The translations under genes and the position numbers were made by a program. Source: Octopus vulgaris (taxonomy: Eukaryota). From it: a stretch of DNA of 64,000 nucleotides. The DNA lies in contig OX597815.1 of NCBI GenBank assembly GCA_951406725.2, positions 154,876,001 through 154,940,000 of the forward strand. The letters are read 5' to 3'. The notes beneath the pieces are model-generated. The model worked only from the letters and a program-made list of their open reading frames with translations. It ran no database searches and was not told where the DNA came from. Position 1 is the stretch's first letter, and each line of letters starts with the position of its first letter. Below are positions 44,496 to 57,498 of the stretch, one piece after another.

Positions 44496-45253
44496 TTTAT
44501 TTTCACTCCGTTCCTTAATTTTGGATATTTATTCACATATAAATAAACTCCCGTTCCGAACCGCCAACTATTAAATAACCTTTTGTCAGCATATCGTAAT
44601 TCGATACGTGAAAATTTCACAACCTTCTGCCTGCGCCAATAAACCCCTATTCCTCATGCAAGTTGTTATTATATCTTCTACGGACTGCTTGAAGTTCATT
44701 AACTACCTAAGATCCAAGGATCAAGGTCTTGATCCTTGGATCTTACTTTTACACATACAAAAACATACACAGAAGAAACCTGAGTTGTAGTGAATTCTTC
44801 TCTGTACATTGAATCCTTGCTATCGCTGATGGATCCCTACATTGTGAAATCAAATTGAGGACTAGAGATACGGAAACGGTATCTAGGTCACTGGAGAAAG
44901 GAATCTGATCTAACAGGGCCATGAAGCTTTCTGCCATGCATTTTATTTATCATACTTTCGTCATCATATCCCTTGTGTACTGATCTGACACATGAACCTA
45001 ATCGCACGATATCAACTTTCTTGAATATCTTCATCAGAAATATCTTAGATACATATTACGCAGCAGCTGGAAGCTTTTTCACACCTGAGATATGCTGGGA
45101 AATGTAAGCTGTTTCAGTATTGAAGCTCGCCTGCAATTGAGTGTATGTTTATATACGTGTGTATGAGCACGTATAAATCTATCCATCCATTCATCCACCC
45201 ACCCACCCATCCATCCATCCATCCATCCATCCATCCATCCATCCATCCATACA

Positions 45254-45285
<32 letters not shown>

Positions 45286-47577
45286 CACACACATGTATAC
45301 ACACATGTATACACCTATATATATATATACATGCATACATATATTTATATACAAACATATACATACACATATATATAGATAAATAGGTACATGCACGGTT
45401 ACGTGTGTGTATATGTGCGTGTGTCTGTGTGTGTGCACGTGAGTGTGTGTGAGAGAGAGAGGGCGCTTCTTTTGGTGGTGCATGTTCTATACATGTTTAT
45501 ATAATGACATGACTGATTCTCATTTTTTTTCCTATTTTGCAGAAATCGCTATTTTCTTTTTTTTTCTTAAATATTTCTTATATTATTTAGTCATAATCAT
45601 TTCGTGTCACGATTCTATAATTTTTGTTTCGGATATTTTAGGTTTCGTTATATTTCATACTCTAGATGATATCATTAGTTGAATTATAAATCAAAATCGA
45701 ATATGATTTGTTGTGTCTACGGTTCTAAATACCTATTGCAAGTAGACGTAGCACTAAAGAAGGCATTTTAAAAAATAATTTTTGTTCTGCCAAAGTCAGA
45801 CGATGAATGAGAAAAATTATTATGAAAGGTATTTCAATCTTGGTCATGCATGTAATTTGAGGGCGAGTTGCCTTACATTTGTATAGCTTCTTTCCTGCAC
45901 AATTATTGTCAATCACCTCACTCTAGTTGTATTTTCTCTTATAGATTCTTTCAAGCAAGACCTATGATTACTCATTATAACCTAAACACAGCTAGAACAA
46001 TATACAGGGGGCAATTTACAAAACGATATTGTCATAAATTTTCTAGATGTGAAACTGAAAGGTCCAGTCTTTTGAAAGGTCAATAGTAAAATCTTATCGC
46101 ATTTACTACAAATGCTTCTAACATAGTTACAATCTAGTGATGGAGTTATTCAGTCGATACTATCGACCCCAGTACTTGACTAGTACTTTATTCTTGACGA
46201 ATGGCAAGTAAATTTGACCTCGGTGGATTTTGAGCTTAGAAAGAAAGGAACAAGAATTTATACTTCAAGGAATTTGTTTGGCAATCTAATGATTCTGCCT
46301 ATCTGCCTCATTGTCTGCGTCTCTACTGACATGGTTCGCGATGGAGAATCTGTTCTCCTGTGCCGAATACAACATCGATCAGAATATATGCGTCCGAATC
46401 TGCCGGAACGTATTAAGAAGAAATATGTCATTCGTTGATTCGAATCTCACTCTTCTCTGTACATAGAAAGATTTATTAATAATATGAACGTTGTAATTTA
46501 AATATGTAATGGACAGCAGACATAACAATCTCACGGGAATTATGAAATGAAGGAGGTGTTGAAAGATCTAGGAACACAGATCCCTGTGCCAGAGGCCGTG
46601 GCGGAAGCTGAGGGTGGTTACTTTGTGTAAACCATTATCTTTCAGCCATAATGTCGTTGACATTTTTTGATTTTTAAATATTCTTTGTTTTTGGATGGGA
46701 TATTGTGCTTTATTTTACCATTATGCAAACTGTTAAATTTAGTTCGAACACCCTGTACTGCTGTTTTTCGAAGTGTCCCATGTTTAAGAGCATGAATAAA
46801 TTAATAGAGTACCAAAACTTGATATACTGTATAGAATTCAAAACCTCCACCTTAGTCCTAAATGTCTGTAATATTTATTTTCAAATTTCACTTGGCTTTT
46901 CACAAAAACATAAAGTGAAATTAAAATTACATGCAACACGGATTATCGCATGAATATAAAATTAGCCCATAAAATCTTTAATTTCATCATATTTATTTCA
47001 ATTTTCCATTTTCCTAATATCAAAAAATAACTATATAATAAAATATGAAAAAAAGCATTAGACAATAATGTTTTAAAAATAAATATATTCTAAAGAGATA
47101 TGGAAGCATTTATTAAAACAAAAATATTAAGATATATTAGATCTGCTAAATTGATGTAAATTTATGTCATTGAAAAACTCATCTTAATACAGAGTGTTTG
47201 TTGTTTATGTGATTGACTGCAGAGAGCTTAGAGTTAATAAATCAGTCTGCTCGCAAATAGACTATAATGGACTCACGTTAATGGCCTTGTTTCGAAATAC
47301 AATACAAATTCACTTAATTCTGATACTGATAAAAACAATTTAAAAGCAGAAAATGATGTCTGTCATTTTACAAATGTTTATTGAATAGCGCGCAAAACAT
47401 AATTCAGTTGATTAGATAACAGGTCTTAGACTGAATCTTCAAGGGCACTAAATCCATTTATCTTCCTGAGGTAAGTTAACATATGTCATATCGATCAATT
47501 TCATATTCATAGTTCACTCCTCTACAAGTGCCTTCGATTATAACTATAGGCACTGGGTAGTGTTTTACCTAATCCCA

Positions 47578-47860
47578 TATGGCGTAGTGGTTAAGAGCGC
47601 GGGCTACTAACCCCAAAATTCGGAGTTCGATTGCAGGCAGTAACCTGAATAATAATAATAATAATAGTAATAATATTAATATTAATAATAACAACATCGA
47701 AAAATACCTTAGGAATGAGAACCCAGGTTCGAAATTTCCCCAAGTCACCTTATGAAGGCTGGACGGTATATCAGCCGAAACGTTGTGTTAACAACAAAGA
47801 AGAGGAGAACAAATATCCGTCAAATGTAAATAAGGTACGTAATTCCTCATTTATTAAATA
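47578..47860 (+). mobile_element. SINE-like element: tRNA-like head, (AAT)n, hammerhead module (ribozyme 47745-47788)
   Basis: A box TGGCGTAGTGG at 47580, B box GAGTTCGATT at 47623; CAC CTTATGA AGGCTG...CAGCC GAAACGTT GTG. Confidence 0.75.
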
Positions 47861-47983
47861 TAGAACGTGTAGGTACATTGATGTATGTACATTTTTATTA
47901 TTATATATATATATATATATATATATAATTATTTTTTCTCTCCTTTTTTTCTTTCCTTTTTTCTCTCCTTGTTTTTTTTCTGT

Positions 47984-48125
47984 GTATCTTTCTGTTGAAG
48001 AGCGTAGGCTCGAAACGTAAAATACTTGTTCTATTTCTATTCCTGAGCGCCATACTAATACATTTGTTTGTTTGTACTCCACCTGCCTTCGTCTTTTGTT
48101 TATTTTCGTAAACCTTCCTGTTATA
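47984..48125 (+). ncRNA. Minimal hammerhead-like motif plus tail ending at TA-rich DNA
   Basis: TTT CTGTTGA A GAGC gtag GCTC GAAACGTA AAA; then AATACA...CTCCA. Confidence 0.55.
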
Positions 48126-48368
48126 TAATTATTATAATAATATATTATAATAATGTATACATTTTGTAACGTGTTTATATAGTATAGAAACTTTTAGCAC
48201 AATATTAATAATAATGTCGTTTTAATGTGTATTTTTTTTAATGTATAGTATTTAGTATAGAAATGTTTAGTACAATATTAATAATGTTATATTGAAATTT
48301 ATATTTTAGTATAGAAAATATCTTTCATTTTTAATTGAATTACTTTATGGAGTTTCTATCTCTTAATC

Positions 48369-48416
<48 letters not shown>

Positions 48417-48428
48417 GTGTATGTGTAT

Positions 48429-48481
<53 letters not shown>

Positions 48482-48499
48482 TAAATATATTCATATACA

Positions 48500-48575
<76 letters not shown>

Positions 48576-48810
48576 TGTATATATTTATTATAGATATAGG
48601 GTAAAGAATTGTTAATTTAATAATTACTAATTTTACCAAGTAGTTCAGTATGGAAAAGAAACCATTATCGGTAAAAACTTATACAAAAAGTTTTTGTTAT
48701 AATTATAAACATAATTAAGAGATCAGCAAATGTTACTTCACCACATACCGAAATTTAGAAATAGCAGTCAAACTACTAATTCTTCTACTATAATATATAT
48801 CCAGAGACCG

Positions 48811-49168
48811 TAATATTCGTAACTCACATAAGCAAAAAATAAAATAAAATAACAAAACTAACCAGCCCTTAGTTAATCATGTACGCGTTTCGGGATTAGA
48901 ATGGTGTAAAATTCATTTCCTTCTTCAGCATGATATTCTAGATTATAAATTTGAAAATGCTAACAAACCCATGCTCGCATGGATTTTCCGACATTAGATC
49001 AGCGAGGATGGGTTTGTTAGCATTTTCAAATTTATAATCTAGATTACCATGCTGAAGAAGGAAATGAATTTTACACCATTCTAATCCCGAAACGTGTACA
49101 AGATTAAATAAGGCTGGTTAGTTTTGATATTTTTTCTTCTTTTTGCCTATGTGACTTACGAGTATTAC
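48811..49168. repeat. Fold-back palindrome (about 167-bp arms, 23-nt spacer) with a hammerhead on each strand
   Basis: Minus 48876-48934: ATCATG CTGAAGA AGGA...TCCC GAA ACGCGT A CATGAT; plus-strand copy 49048-49102. Confidence 0.9.
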
Positions 49169-49469
49169 ATGTGGAGCGTTGTTGAGAGAGAGGTCAATGC
49201 ACACAACCATAACACCAAAGATTCTTTGAAAGCTGCCATAGTCAGAGTAATGTCCAACATGAACCAGGACTACTTGATTAGAGCATGTAGATGATTTAGA
49301 TGCCATATAGAAGCAGTTATTGAAACTGAAAGTGGTTTGTTCAATAACATTATAGAAAAGAAGGTTTACTCTTATCCTCAAACCATTTTTTGATAAATAA
49401 ATTTATTATCTGCTATTATATTATATATCTATGAACATAAATCTGTCTTCAAATATCTTACACACCCTG
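49160..49469 (+). mobile_element. maT/DD37D-like transposon 3' remnant
   Basis: YMWSVVEREVN...SLKAAIVRVM...IRAC..FR..IEAVIETESG; terminus ...cacaccctg. Confidence 0.7.
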
Positions 49470-49629
49470 TGTATACATATATGCATGCATACATACATAC
49501 ATACATATTAGGTATTGAGAGACGGAGAGAGAGACAGATAACTAGATAGATATATCGATAGATAGATTACACATACACACACACGCATTCATACACGAAC
49601 ACATACATATACTTACATATACATATATA

Positions 49630-49686
49630 CAAGGTGTCCCAGAATGAACCGTATAGTTAATTTATAGATGGTTCTGGTACACTTTG
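49630..49686. mobile_element. 57-bp Tc1/mariner-type miniature (TIRs only)
   Basis: TA-CAAGGTGTCCCAGAA...TTCTGGTACACTTTG-TA. Confidence 0.5.
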
Positions 49687-49759
49687 TATATGTGTGTGTG
49701 TATGTGTGTATTTGTATGTATGCATATTGAAATATTTATGTGCATACGCACATATACCC

Positions 49760-49804
<45 letters not shown>

Positions 49805-50075
49805 GAGAGAGAGAAAGACAGACAGACAGACAGAGTTAGAGGAGTTTAATACCGCTAAGGGATAATTAAATCCAAAGTCACTCCTGGCTATTAGCTGGGT
49901 AGGTACAGTCTTTTGTAAGATTGTACGGTAGCAAGAGGTTAGGTTGGTAAACCGGAGTTTAGATTATATAAGAGAAGAAAATAATGGATATAATAACAAT
50001 GGGGGTCTCGTGGATTACGCTGGCATGTCTTTAATTAAATAGGTAACAAAAATGTAAGAAGCAGAGATGAGGGTG

Positions 50076-50126
50076 GCATTTACGATTGTTTCGATTTACT
50101 GTAGTAAGTATATCTCTTCAGAATGC
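50076..50126 (-). ncRNA. Type I hammerhead ribozyme with intact core
   Basis: GCATT CTGAAGA GAT...ATC GAA ACAATCGT A AATGC: 5-bp stem I, GUA cleavage triplet. Confidence 0.8.
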
Positions 50127-51389
50127 AAATATAGATATATGCATTGGTTAGGATGCGAAAATGATTGATACATATGTCATGGTAATGTAAACAAATTGGT
50201 AATTCTTACATTGAAATTTTGTTTTTGCACTGGTAAATTCGCTGGGTAGAGGTTTACCTGTGGTAGATTGGTTAGTTTCGTTGGATAATTAGGGTGGGGT
50301 GAGAATTATTTAGGTGCGGGTTACCTCGTTTAATTATGCCCATTTTTTTCTCGCGTGTTCATCTCGTATTAGAGGTTCTAACACCGGCAGTACAAGTGAA
50401 TCGGGTAACTATAGCAGGGTGAAAAGGGAGCTAACTCATACCGAATATTAAGTGGTCTGAAAATGTATCACGTCTAATAATTGTCTTATTGCTGCAGTTT
50501 AGGAATTTCTAAATTTTAGGCGGGGGCCTTATGTATTTGCAAGGTGTATTATTATGGAATGTTTGGGGCGCGAGTGGGTTTGCAGGGTGACTATTCATGT
50601 ATTTCATGTGTTACTCTGTTAATTAGACTTAAATAAATGAGTATTCTAGTTTGGGATTATGAAGGCATAGAGGGTTGCATGAAGACACGAGAAGCTTTTC
50701 TACCGGTATTTCGAAAATATATAGAGGCCCACGTGGAGTCAAAAAATGTGTATCACAGATTTCCTGCTGAGAGGAATTTGTTTAGCCGTAAGTACAGGTA
50801 GGCATTCTGATAGGCAGAGGTCGCAGAAGAAGCAGGAAGAAGAGGAACAACAGGTGGCGGACTAGGAGCAGGAGCAAGATGAGAAGGCTGCAATATTTTG
50901 GGTATGTTCTTTCATCACTCTGAAACAGTCTGACGATAGTAACTTCATCCACGTATCAAGAATATACTGCTACAACGAACAGCAAACAGCACAAATCTAA
51001 ACCTGAAATTTGAGAACATTTGTAAAGGAAAGTCATTTCAAGATTGCGCAAGATATAGCACTTGTGTGGGGGTACAGAGTTTCATCTGCCCTCTGTGATT
51101 TCTAATCTTCAATGGATCAGTTGATTTTAAGATTTACTTCAGAACACATGATCATATGAGATTAAACATGACTAAACATTCAATAATGAACCGAATACCA
51201 TCTGAAAGAGAAGCCATAATAACTATACAGAAATCACCAAATACACGCACATACGTTCGTACACACATAAACGCACATAAACTCTGTTTCATGCTAAATA
51301 TATATCACACCGTTAGAAAGTATGATACCATGGAATTGATTGAGATAAACTGTCTTCATATAACTGTAATGTTAAGAACACAGTAAATA

Positions 51390-51745
51390 ATGGACCCTGA
51401 TACACGCACTTCATGAGAATCTAGATGTGCGTACACTTAGATAGTTAGGGATGTACAAAGCATAAGCTAGCATCAACGTATTGCTAATTATACTCCATAC
51501 GGTAAGTTGTCGCACATAGCAACTTCTACTGCTCAAAGACGGTTTACAATTTGCAGGGCATTGCTGAAGAAGTAAGCGGGAATTTATACAAAAACTACTA
51601 TTGTGCGACTCAACACACGGGAGACACCGTCGAGAAAGACCTGCTCGAACGTTCATCAATCAACTCTCAGATGATTGTATCATCTTCGTCAGGAGCAATT
51701 ACCACAAAAATGGTACATAGTGAATTGTGATTAGGCTTTGTGAGG
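51390..51745 (+). mobile_element. RTE-clade LINE 3' remnant
   Basis: FAGHC*RSKREFIQKLLL..STHGRHRRERPARTFINQL. Confidence 0.7.
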
Positions 51746-53099
51746 AATGTTTGACCGTGGTTGCAATAATGATGGTATTTCGGAGCCAGACGAACATCGT
51801 CGCTGCGGTAATTCCCGAAAAAAAAAACAAAAACAGAGTTTCGTCATTCTTGATGTTTGCTAATACTATACACCTTATTTCCGAGGGCTTCAATGAAATG
51901 TGTGCCTCTATTTATAGGAAACAGTGAATAAGCCATCTGACTTTGCGGAAGCTTGCTGGGCTATAGAAAAGCTTCCATCCACTGTTTCCTATGTTCTGAA
52001 GCGGGACTTTCATTTCAGCAGATGACAATCGAATGCACAGCGTGATAAGTTTTAAAATAAGCTTCGAATTTCGTCTTGCTCCGATATATATTTTGATTTT
52101 AACACAACACGTCTATGAAAAAAAATTTACCGCAGAAAATCCGACAGTTTCATGCATGCACTCTGATGGCGTGTCTTTATTTAGCATAATTCACAGCTGG
52201 TGATTTCATTTCAATTCTGTTTCAGTTGCGTACACTGAGTTTGTGCACACAAAAATACATACATACACACATACATTCATACATACACGCGCACACACAC
52301 ACATGCATATATGCATAGATATATATATACATACATACATATATACATACATACATACATACATACATACATACATACATACATACATACATACATACAT
52401 ACATAAAAGGATAAATAGATAGATAGTTATTTAGTTAGACAGACAGACAGACAGAAATAGCTAGATATATATGATGTACGTATGTATATATATATATATT
52501 AACATTTCACATTTTCCTTCTTCTTTTCATATCCATATACATCAGAAGCGTTAATAATAATTCACGAAATTATTAGGTAAGAGGTGCACGACAGAGTTGA
52601 AGTGCACCATTCGACTTCGTTTCGGGATTTGTATTAATTCCGGATATTTTGCCTATAACACACATGCATCTAATTTTTTTATATCTATTGATATTATGAT
52701 CGAAATTAGGAATTCCGAGAGAAAAAAACAGAAACCTGTTTAGATTTATTGATTTTATTCCATATGGAACCCATATTTCTGTTGCCTAGAAACGCTATGT
52801 TCTCTGACACTTGTCGAGTTACTTTTAACATATTTAATGATGTGAATATCAAAACTCAAATTCTAAATACTCTATGCAGAGAGGAAAGCTTTATTACCAG
52901 AATGATTAATATTATTTTTCTTTCATTTCAGAAAGTACATGTAACATCCAGAAAAATAAAGAAAGGTTCTAGAGGAATATTAAAGTAACAAAAAAATAAA
53001 AGACATAAAACAGTAAGACAAAAATATTTTTCTTTTTAATTCAAATATCATTGGAAAGAAGCGAATAAATTTATCTGACAACTCAACAGATGCACAATA

Positions 53100-53640
53100 T
53101 CTATTTCTTTACTACCCACAAGGGGCTAAACACAGAGAGGACAAACAAGGACCGACAAACGGATTAAGTCGATTATATAGACCCCAGTGCGTAACTGGTA
53201 CTTATTTAATCGACCACAAAAAGATGAAAAGCAAAGTCGATCTCGGAGGAATTTGAACTCAGAAAGTAACGGCAGAAGAAATACCTATTTCTTTACTACC
53301 CACAAGGGGCTAAACACACAGAGGACAAACAAGGACAGACAAACGGATTAAGTCGATTATATCGACCCCAGTGCGTAACTGGTACTTATTTAATCGACCC
53401 CGAAAGGATGAAAGGCAAAGTCGACCTTGGCGGAATTTGAACTCAGAATGTAACGGCAGACGAAATACCGCTAAGTACTTCGATCGATGCGCTAACGCTT
53501 CTGCCAGCTCGCCACCTTAATGATGAAAGGTAAAGGCGATGGCGGCCCCGTTGGAATTTGAACTCAGAACATGAAGACAGACGAATTGCTGTTGCGCATT
53601 TTTGCCCGACGTGCTTCACGATTCTGCTAGCTCATCGTTT
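53100..53640 (-). mobile_element. Family A SINE with an internal tandem duplication of about 185 bp, plus an adjacent partial copy
   Basis: ctatttctttactacccacaaggggctaaac... repeated at 53101 and 53286; head GGTGGCGAGCTGGCAGAAGCGTTAGC at 53517. Confidence 0.85.
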
Positions 53641-53899
53641 TGAATATATGCACAATATCGTACGCGACTGGGTGTGAAAATTTAACATGGATTTTAAATA
53701 CGTGGTTGTTATTTCTAATCTGTGCAACTAATTGCCTAGCATGTAACCATTCTTACAGTAACCATTATTTTAGGAATGACTTCAGACAATTTGTTAGAAA
53801 ACTAAATTACTTTTATTCATTTGTATCTGTACAAAGTTTTGACTGTGTTGTTTCTAAATATAATCATATTACTAAATATACTTAGTTGTTTAACGTATC

Positions 53900-54260
53900 T
53901 TTGGTCATTTATCTTTTATGTTTTCAATTATTGCACGATGGCCATGTTGGGACAACAACTTGACGGTCTTATTCAATCAGATGGACATCAATACATTTTA
54001 AAGATCATTAATTTATTCTAGTGGTTCTCTTCTGTCGAAAAGCTAGGTTACAGAAACTTATCAAGTGGTGCAGCAGACAAATACAAAGACACACCCAAAC
54101 ACACATACACACACACATTCTACCAAATTTGCTTACAAGGCATTGGCCAGCCCTTGTCTATAATAGAAGCAACTTGCCCAATGTGGTGCGCAGTGAGACT
54201 GACCCTGAAAACATGTGTCTGGAAAGCAAACTTCCTAACCACACATCCATATCTGCATCC
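53900..54260 (-). mobile_element. Diverged family C SINE
   Basis: Same motif order as 19750-20133. Confidence 0.55.
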
Positions 54261-54318
54261 CGGTAGATATTTCTATATATGCGTAGTATAGAGAGAATTG
54301 ATATAAATATACACTCTA

Positions 54319-55236
54319 CAAGGAATGATAATAAAAATAAGATTTAGAAAAAAATTAGATTCGACGAAGTCCATTCCAGAATATTTGTGACTTTGTTACA
54401 ATTGTTCTAAGTTATTTAAATTTTCGTATACCATTACTATACATTTAATAAGCACCCTGCTAATTTTTTGCAGATTGAAAGATGCAGCTGTAACAGCTCT
54501 TTGAAAAGAACCTGCTAAACATTGCTTGTCACAGTTGACGACTTTGGAGAATGCAGTCGAGACGTGATGACAAATATGGAAACTCACTATGCAATAAAGT
54601 TTTGTGTGAAAACGGGAAAAAACGCTACACGAACTTATGAGATTTTCCACACTGCTTATGGATTAACTTGTATGAGCCAAGCATTGGTTGTCGCTGGGAC
54701 AAGAGGCCAGGCAAATCAAGTCCGCCGGGAAGGTTATAATTATCCTCTTTTTCACAGCAAGGGCACGATCTACATCCTATGGATTCTCTATAGTAAGATG
54801 GTCGAGAAAGAGTGTTTTGTGGACGTTTAAGGCAGTTCGGAAAGAGATTTAATTTTAAATGGCCGGGATCTTCCACTCAGTTCAGGGGCACTTGCACCAT
54901 GACCACGTACCACTTCACAATTCCATCCTAGTAACCAACTACTTAACAGAAATCGGCATCAAAATTTGACCTCACCCACTCTACAATCCAGATCTTGCTC
55001 CCGGTGATTTTGACTATTATTCCAACTGAAGAAAAATATAGAGGAGGTTATGGCAAGGGACTTGGAAGCCTTCACGCCGGAAGGCTTCCCTGGGCCCTTC
55101 AAGAAATGGCTAGAGCCTTTGCAAGAGCATTGAAGTTAGAGGATCTTACTTTGGGGGAGAGTAAAATTTTGAACTTTTTTGAAATTGATAAATGTCTCTC
55201 CTAAATATTTCTCATAAACTTCTACAATGCATCTTG
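54319..55236 (+). mobile_element. Internally deleted mariner remnant
   Basis: METHYAIKFCVKTGKNATRTYE..HTAYG; VLFHSKG; HLHHD; HPLYNPDLAP; TA-flanked ends. Confidence 0.7.
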
Positions 55237-56049
55237 TATATAGACAGACGCTTCCTCATTTTTAACCATTTATTTGGGTGAAGTAGAGGCAGGGTCCATG
55301 GACTTTTAAGCCGTCTTCTCTTTTAACATTGGAGAAATCAGTACAGTCCGTGGTTCAAAATTACTATCACTCGCTACATGCACACACATTCACCAAGACC
55401 TATCCCTGTTAGGCATTCTAGCAATGAAACGGAAAGCTGTCAACAGATCGCTCATTTAATATTCCAAGATGCCAAATAGCTGACAAGAATGTGTTAACTA
55501 TGCAAATATGCATTTAAAAGAAGTTTATTTATTGATAAATAAGTAAGGTGCTCAGCTGCTGACGAAACTCCAAGCAGAGTTTTTGTTGTTTTCATCAAGC
55601 ATATTGTGTCCATTGACATACTCTTTATGTTTGTCATAACTTAGTTTTGACTAAAATTTCTAGAGGTATGTTCGATAGTACACCATGACTATCTGTTCAG
55701 TAAGAAATATATAGATGTGCTTCTAGATTGTTTATTTAATTTATTTCACTATTTAGACTATGACTAAACTAGATGCAATATACAAAGATTTTAATCCATT
55801 GAATTCTATTTTAGCATCTGACCAGAAACCTTGCCTGACTATATGCAGCACATTGGACTCTTCTAAAGATACCCACTGTCGAGATGGATCTCCTAAACAG
55901 GCCATTCTGTTAAGCCTGCTACTGAAGAAGAGGAACTTCCACACGTTTTTAGTTTAAGACAAGCCTTTCGTCGATTCCAGGCTGAAATAGAAGACACTTT
56001 CCCAAAATACCGTGCTGTTGAATTGAATATATAAATATGTAGTTGGGAA

Positions 56050-56094
56050 GATTACGTGGATTGTTATGTCTACGACATAGCAATCCACATAATC
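56050..56094. repeat. 21-bp-arm hairpin with a 3-nt loop
   Basis: gattacgtggattgttatgtc tac gacatagcaatccacataatc. Confidence 0.8.
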
Positions 56095-56282
56095 GCCTGG
56101 CATTGCTTGTCATGTAACATGTTGTAATATTGTCTCATCACTGGGATTGTTCTTGCTGCGACATTTTCTCTCTTGTGGTGTTACTCCACCTGCGATAATG
56201 TCTCTCATGTTACATTCCCTCCACGTATGTTACCTTCGTGTCTAACTACATTTAGAAGTAAAATGTACCAAGGCAGCAATAA

Positions 56283-57326
56283 TCTGTATCTATAAAAGGC
56301 ATGATGTGTGTGTGTGTGTACGTGATTGTAATTTATGCACGTCCACAAATTAGCACGCATGTCGCTCCAATTTTAGGAGGACATTCGTCAACATCCTACC
56401 TGGGTTTTGTCAACCTATTTTTTTCCCGAGTCACCCGCGGATAGCGGTAGAAATCTATTTTCAGCCATAGTTTTTATCAATTTTGGAGGTTGCAAACATG
56501 AGTTAAGTCCCTTCTAGCCATAGCCAAGCGAAAGTGTGTGTGAGGGAGAAAGAGAAGTTATGTGTTGATACATGTGTGTGAGTGTGTGAGGGAGAGAAAG
56601 TGTTTCACAACGTTTAACAAAAAAGTAAAGAAAAAGTATGTGTAAGGAAGAGTGGGAGATAGTTTGACAGCGTCTAACAAAAAAAAAAGGTAAAGACAAA
56701 GTGACAGAGACTGAGAGAGAAGGGAGAGAGTAGGTGATAACTTTCATAAAAAATAAAATGTAAAATGTTTTGCGTTTTCTTAAACACGAGATATAGTGTT
56801 CAAATTTAGGATGTTTTTAGAATACACTATATTTTATAATCAGATTATATATACTTTCTCACACAACAATTACAATATATTTATTTAAAATCATTTATTC
56901 ATTTTAAATCGTTCATCCTTCTCCCCCCTCTCTCTCACACACACATTACTTTGGGTGCGAAAGAGTTTTGTTTTTATTTAACGCCGAAGAAAAATGTTTT
57001 GTTGAGAATCCATTTATTTAACAACAAAGGAACAAAGAGGTAGGTAACAGTTTGTCAGTGAATTACACAATATAAATGGCTACGATTTCCAAGGCTTCCA
57101 CCACACTCCATTCCGTTTCTAGGATCACAAAAAGTGCTTTGTAGCAAATTAGGATGCCAGAGTATTTGATTCCACGCAAGAAACCGATTTTTTCTTAATG
57201 AAAATCGTGCGAGTGTTGATCTACAAATTTACCAACATGTTTTCCATTCATTTCTGTATATGAACATGTATTCGTGCAAAGACATGCAATATGTGTACTA
57301 CGTACATGTGTGTGTTTGCCCATGAA

Positions 57327-57381
<55 letters not shown>

Positions 57382-57498
57382 ATTTCAACGGATTTCGCCC
57401 AAATTTGACGTCGATATTACTTAGTTTGCTTTGAAATAAAACTTGATTAGCTTAATAATCGTAACTTCATCCCGGGCAAAGCCGGGTTATACTGCTAG
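56283..57498 (+). mobile_element. Non-autonomous Helitron
   Basis: A|TCTGTATCTATAAAA 5' end; 3' hairpin CCCGG gcaaag CCGGG followed by CTAG|T; no TSD. Confidence 0.75.

Noticed and set aside
47578-47645. Possible genuine tRNA gene with ACT anticodon
   Set aside because: No acceptor stem, imperfect T stem, atypical anticodon and direct run-on into (AAT)n; better read as a SINE head.
52605-52630. Minus-strand CCCGAAACGAAGTC as a hammerhead
   Set aside because: No CUGANGA or stem I partner found upstream; similar unsupported halves at about 25790-25850, 37710 and 40990 were also not listed.
53100-53517. Direct repeat as an LTR pair or CRISPR-like array
   Set aside because: Tandem partial duplication of a common SINE with no internal region or spacers.
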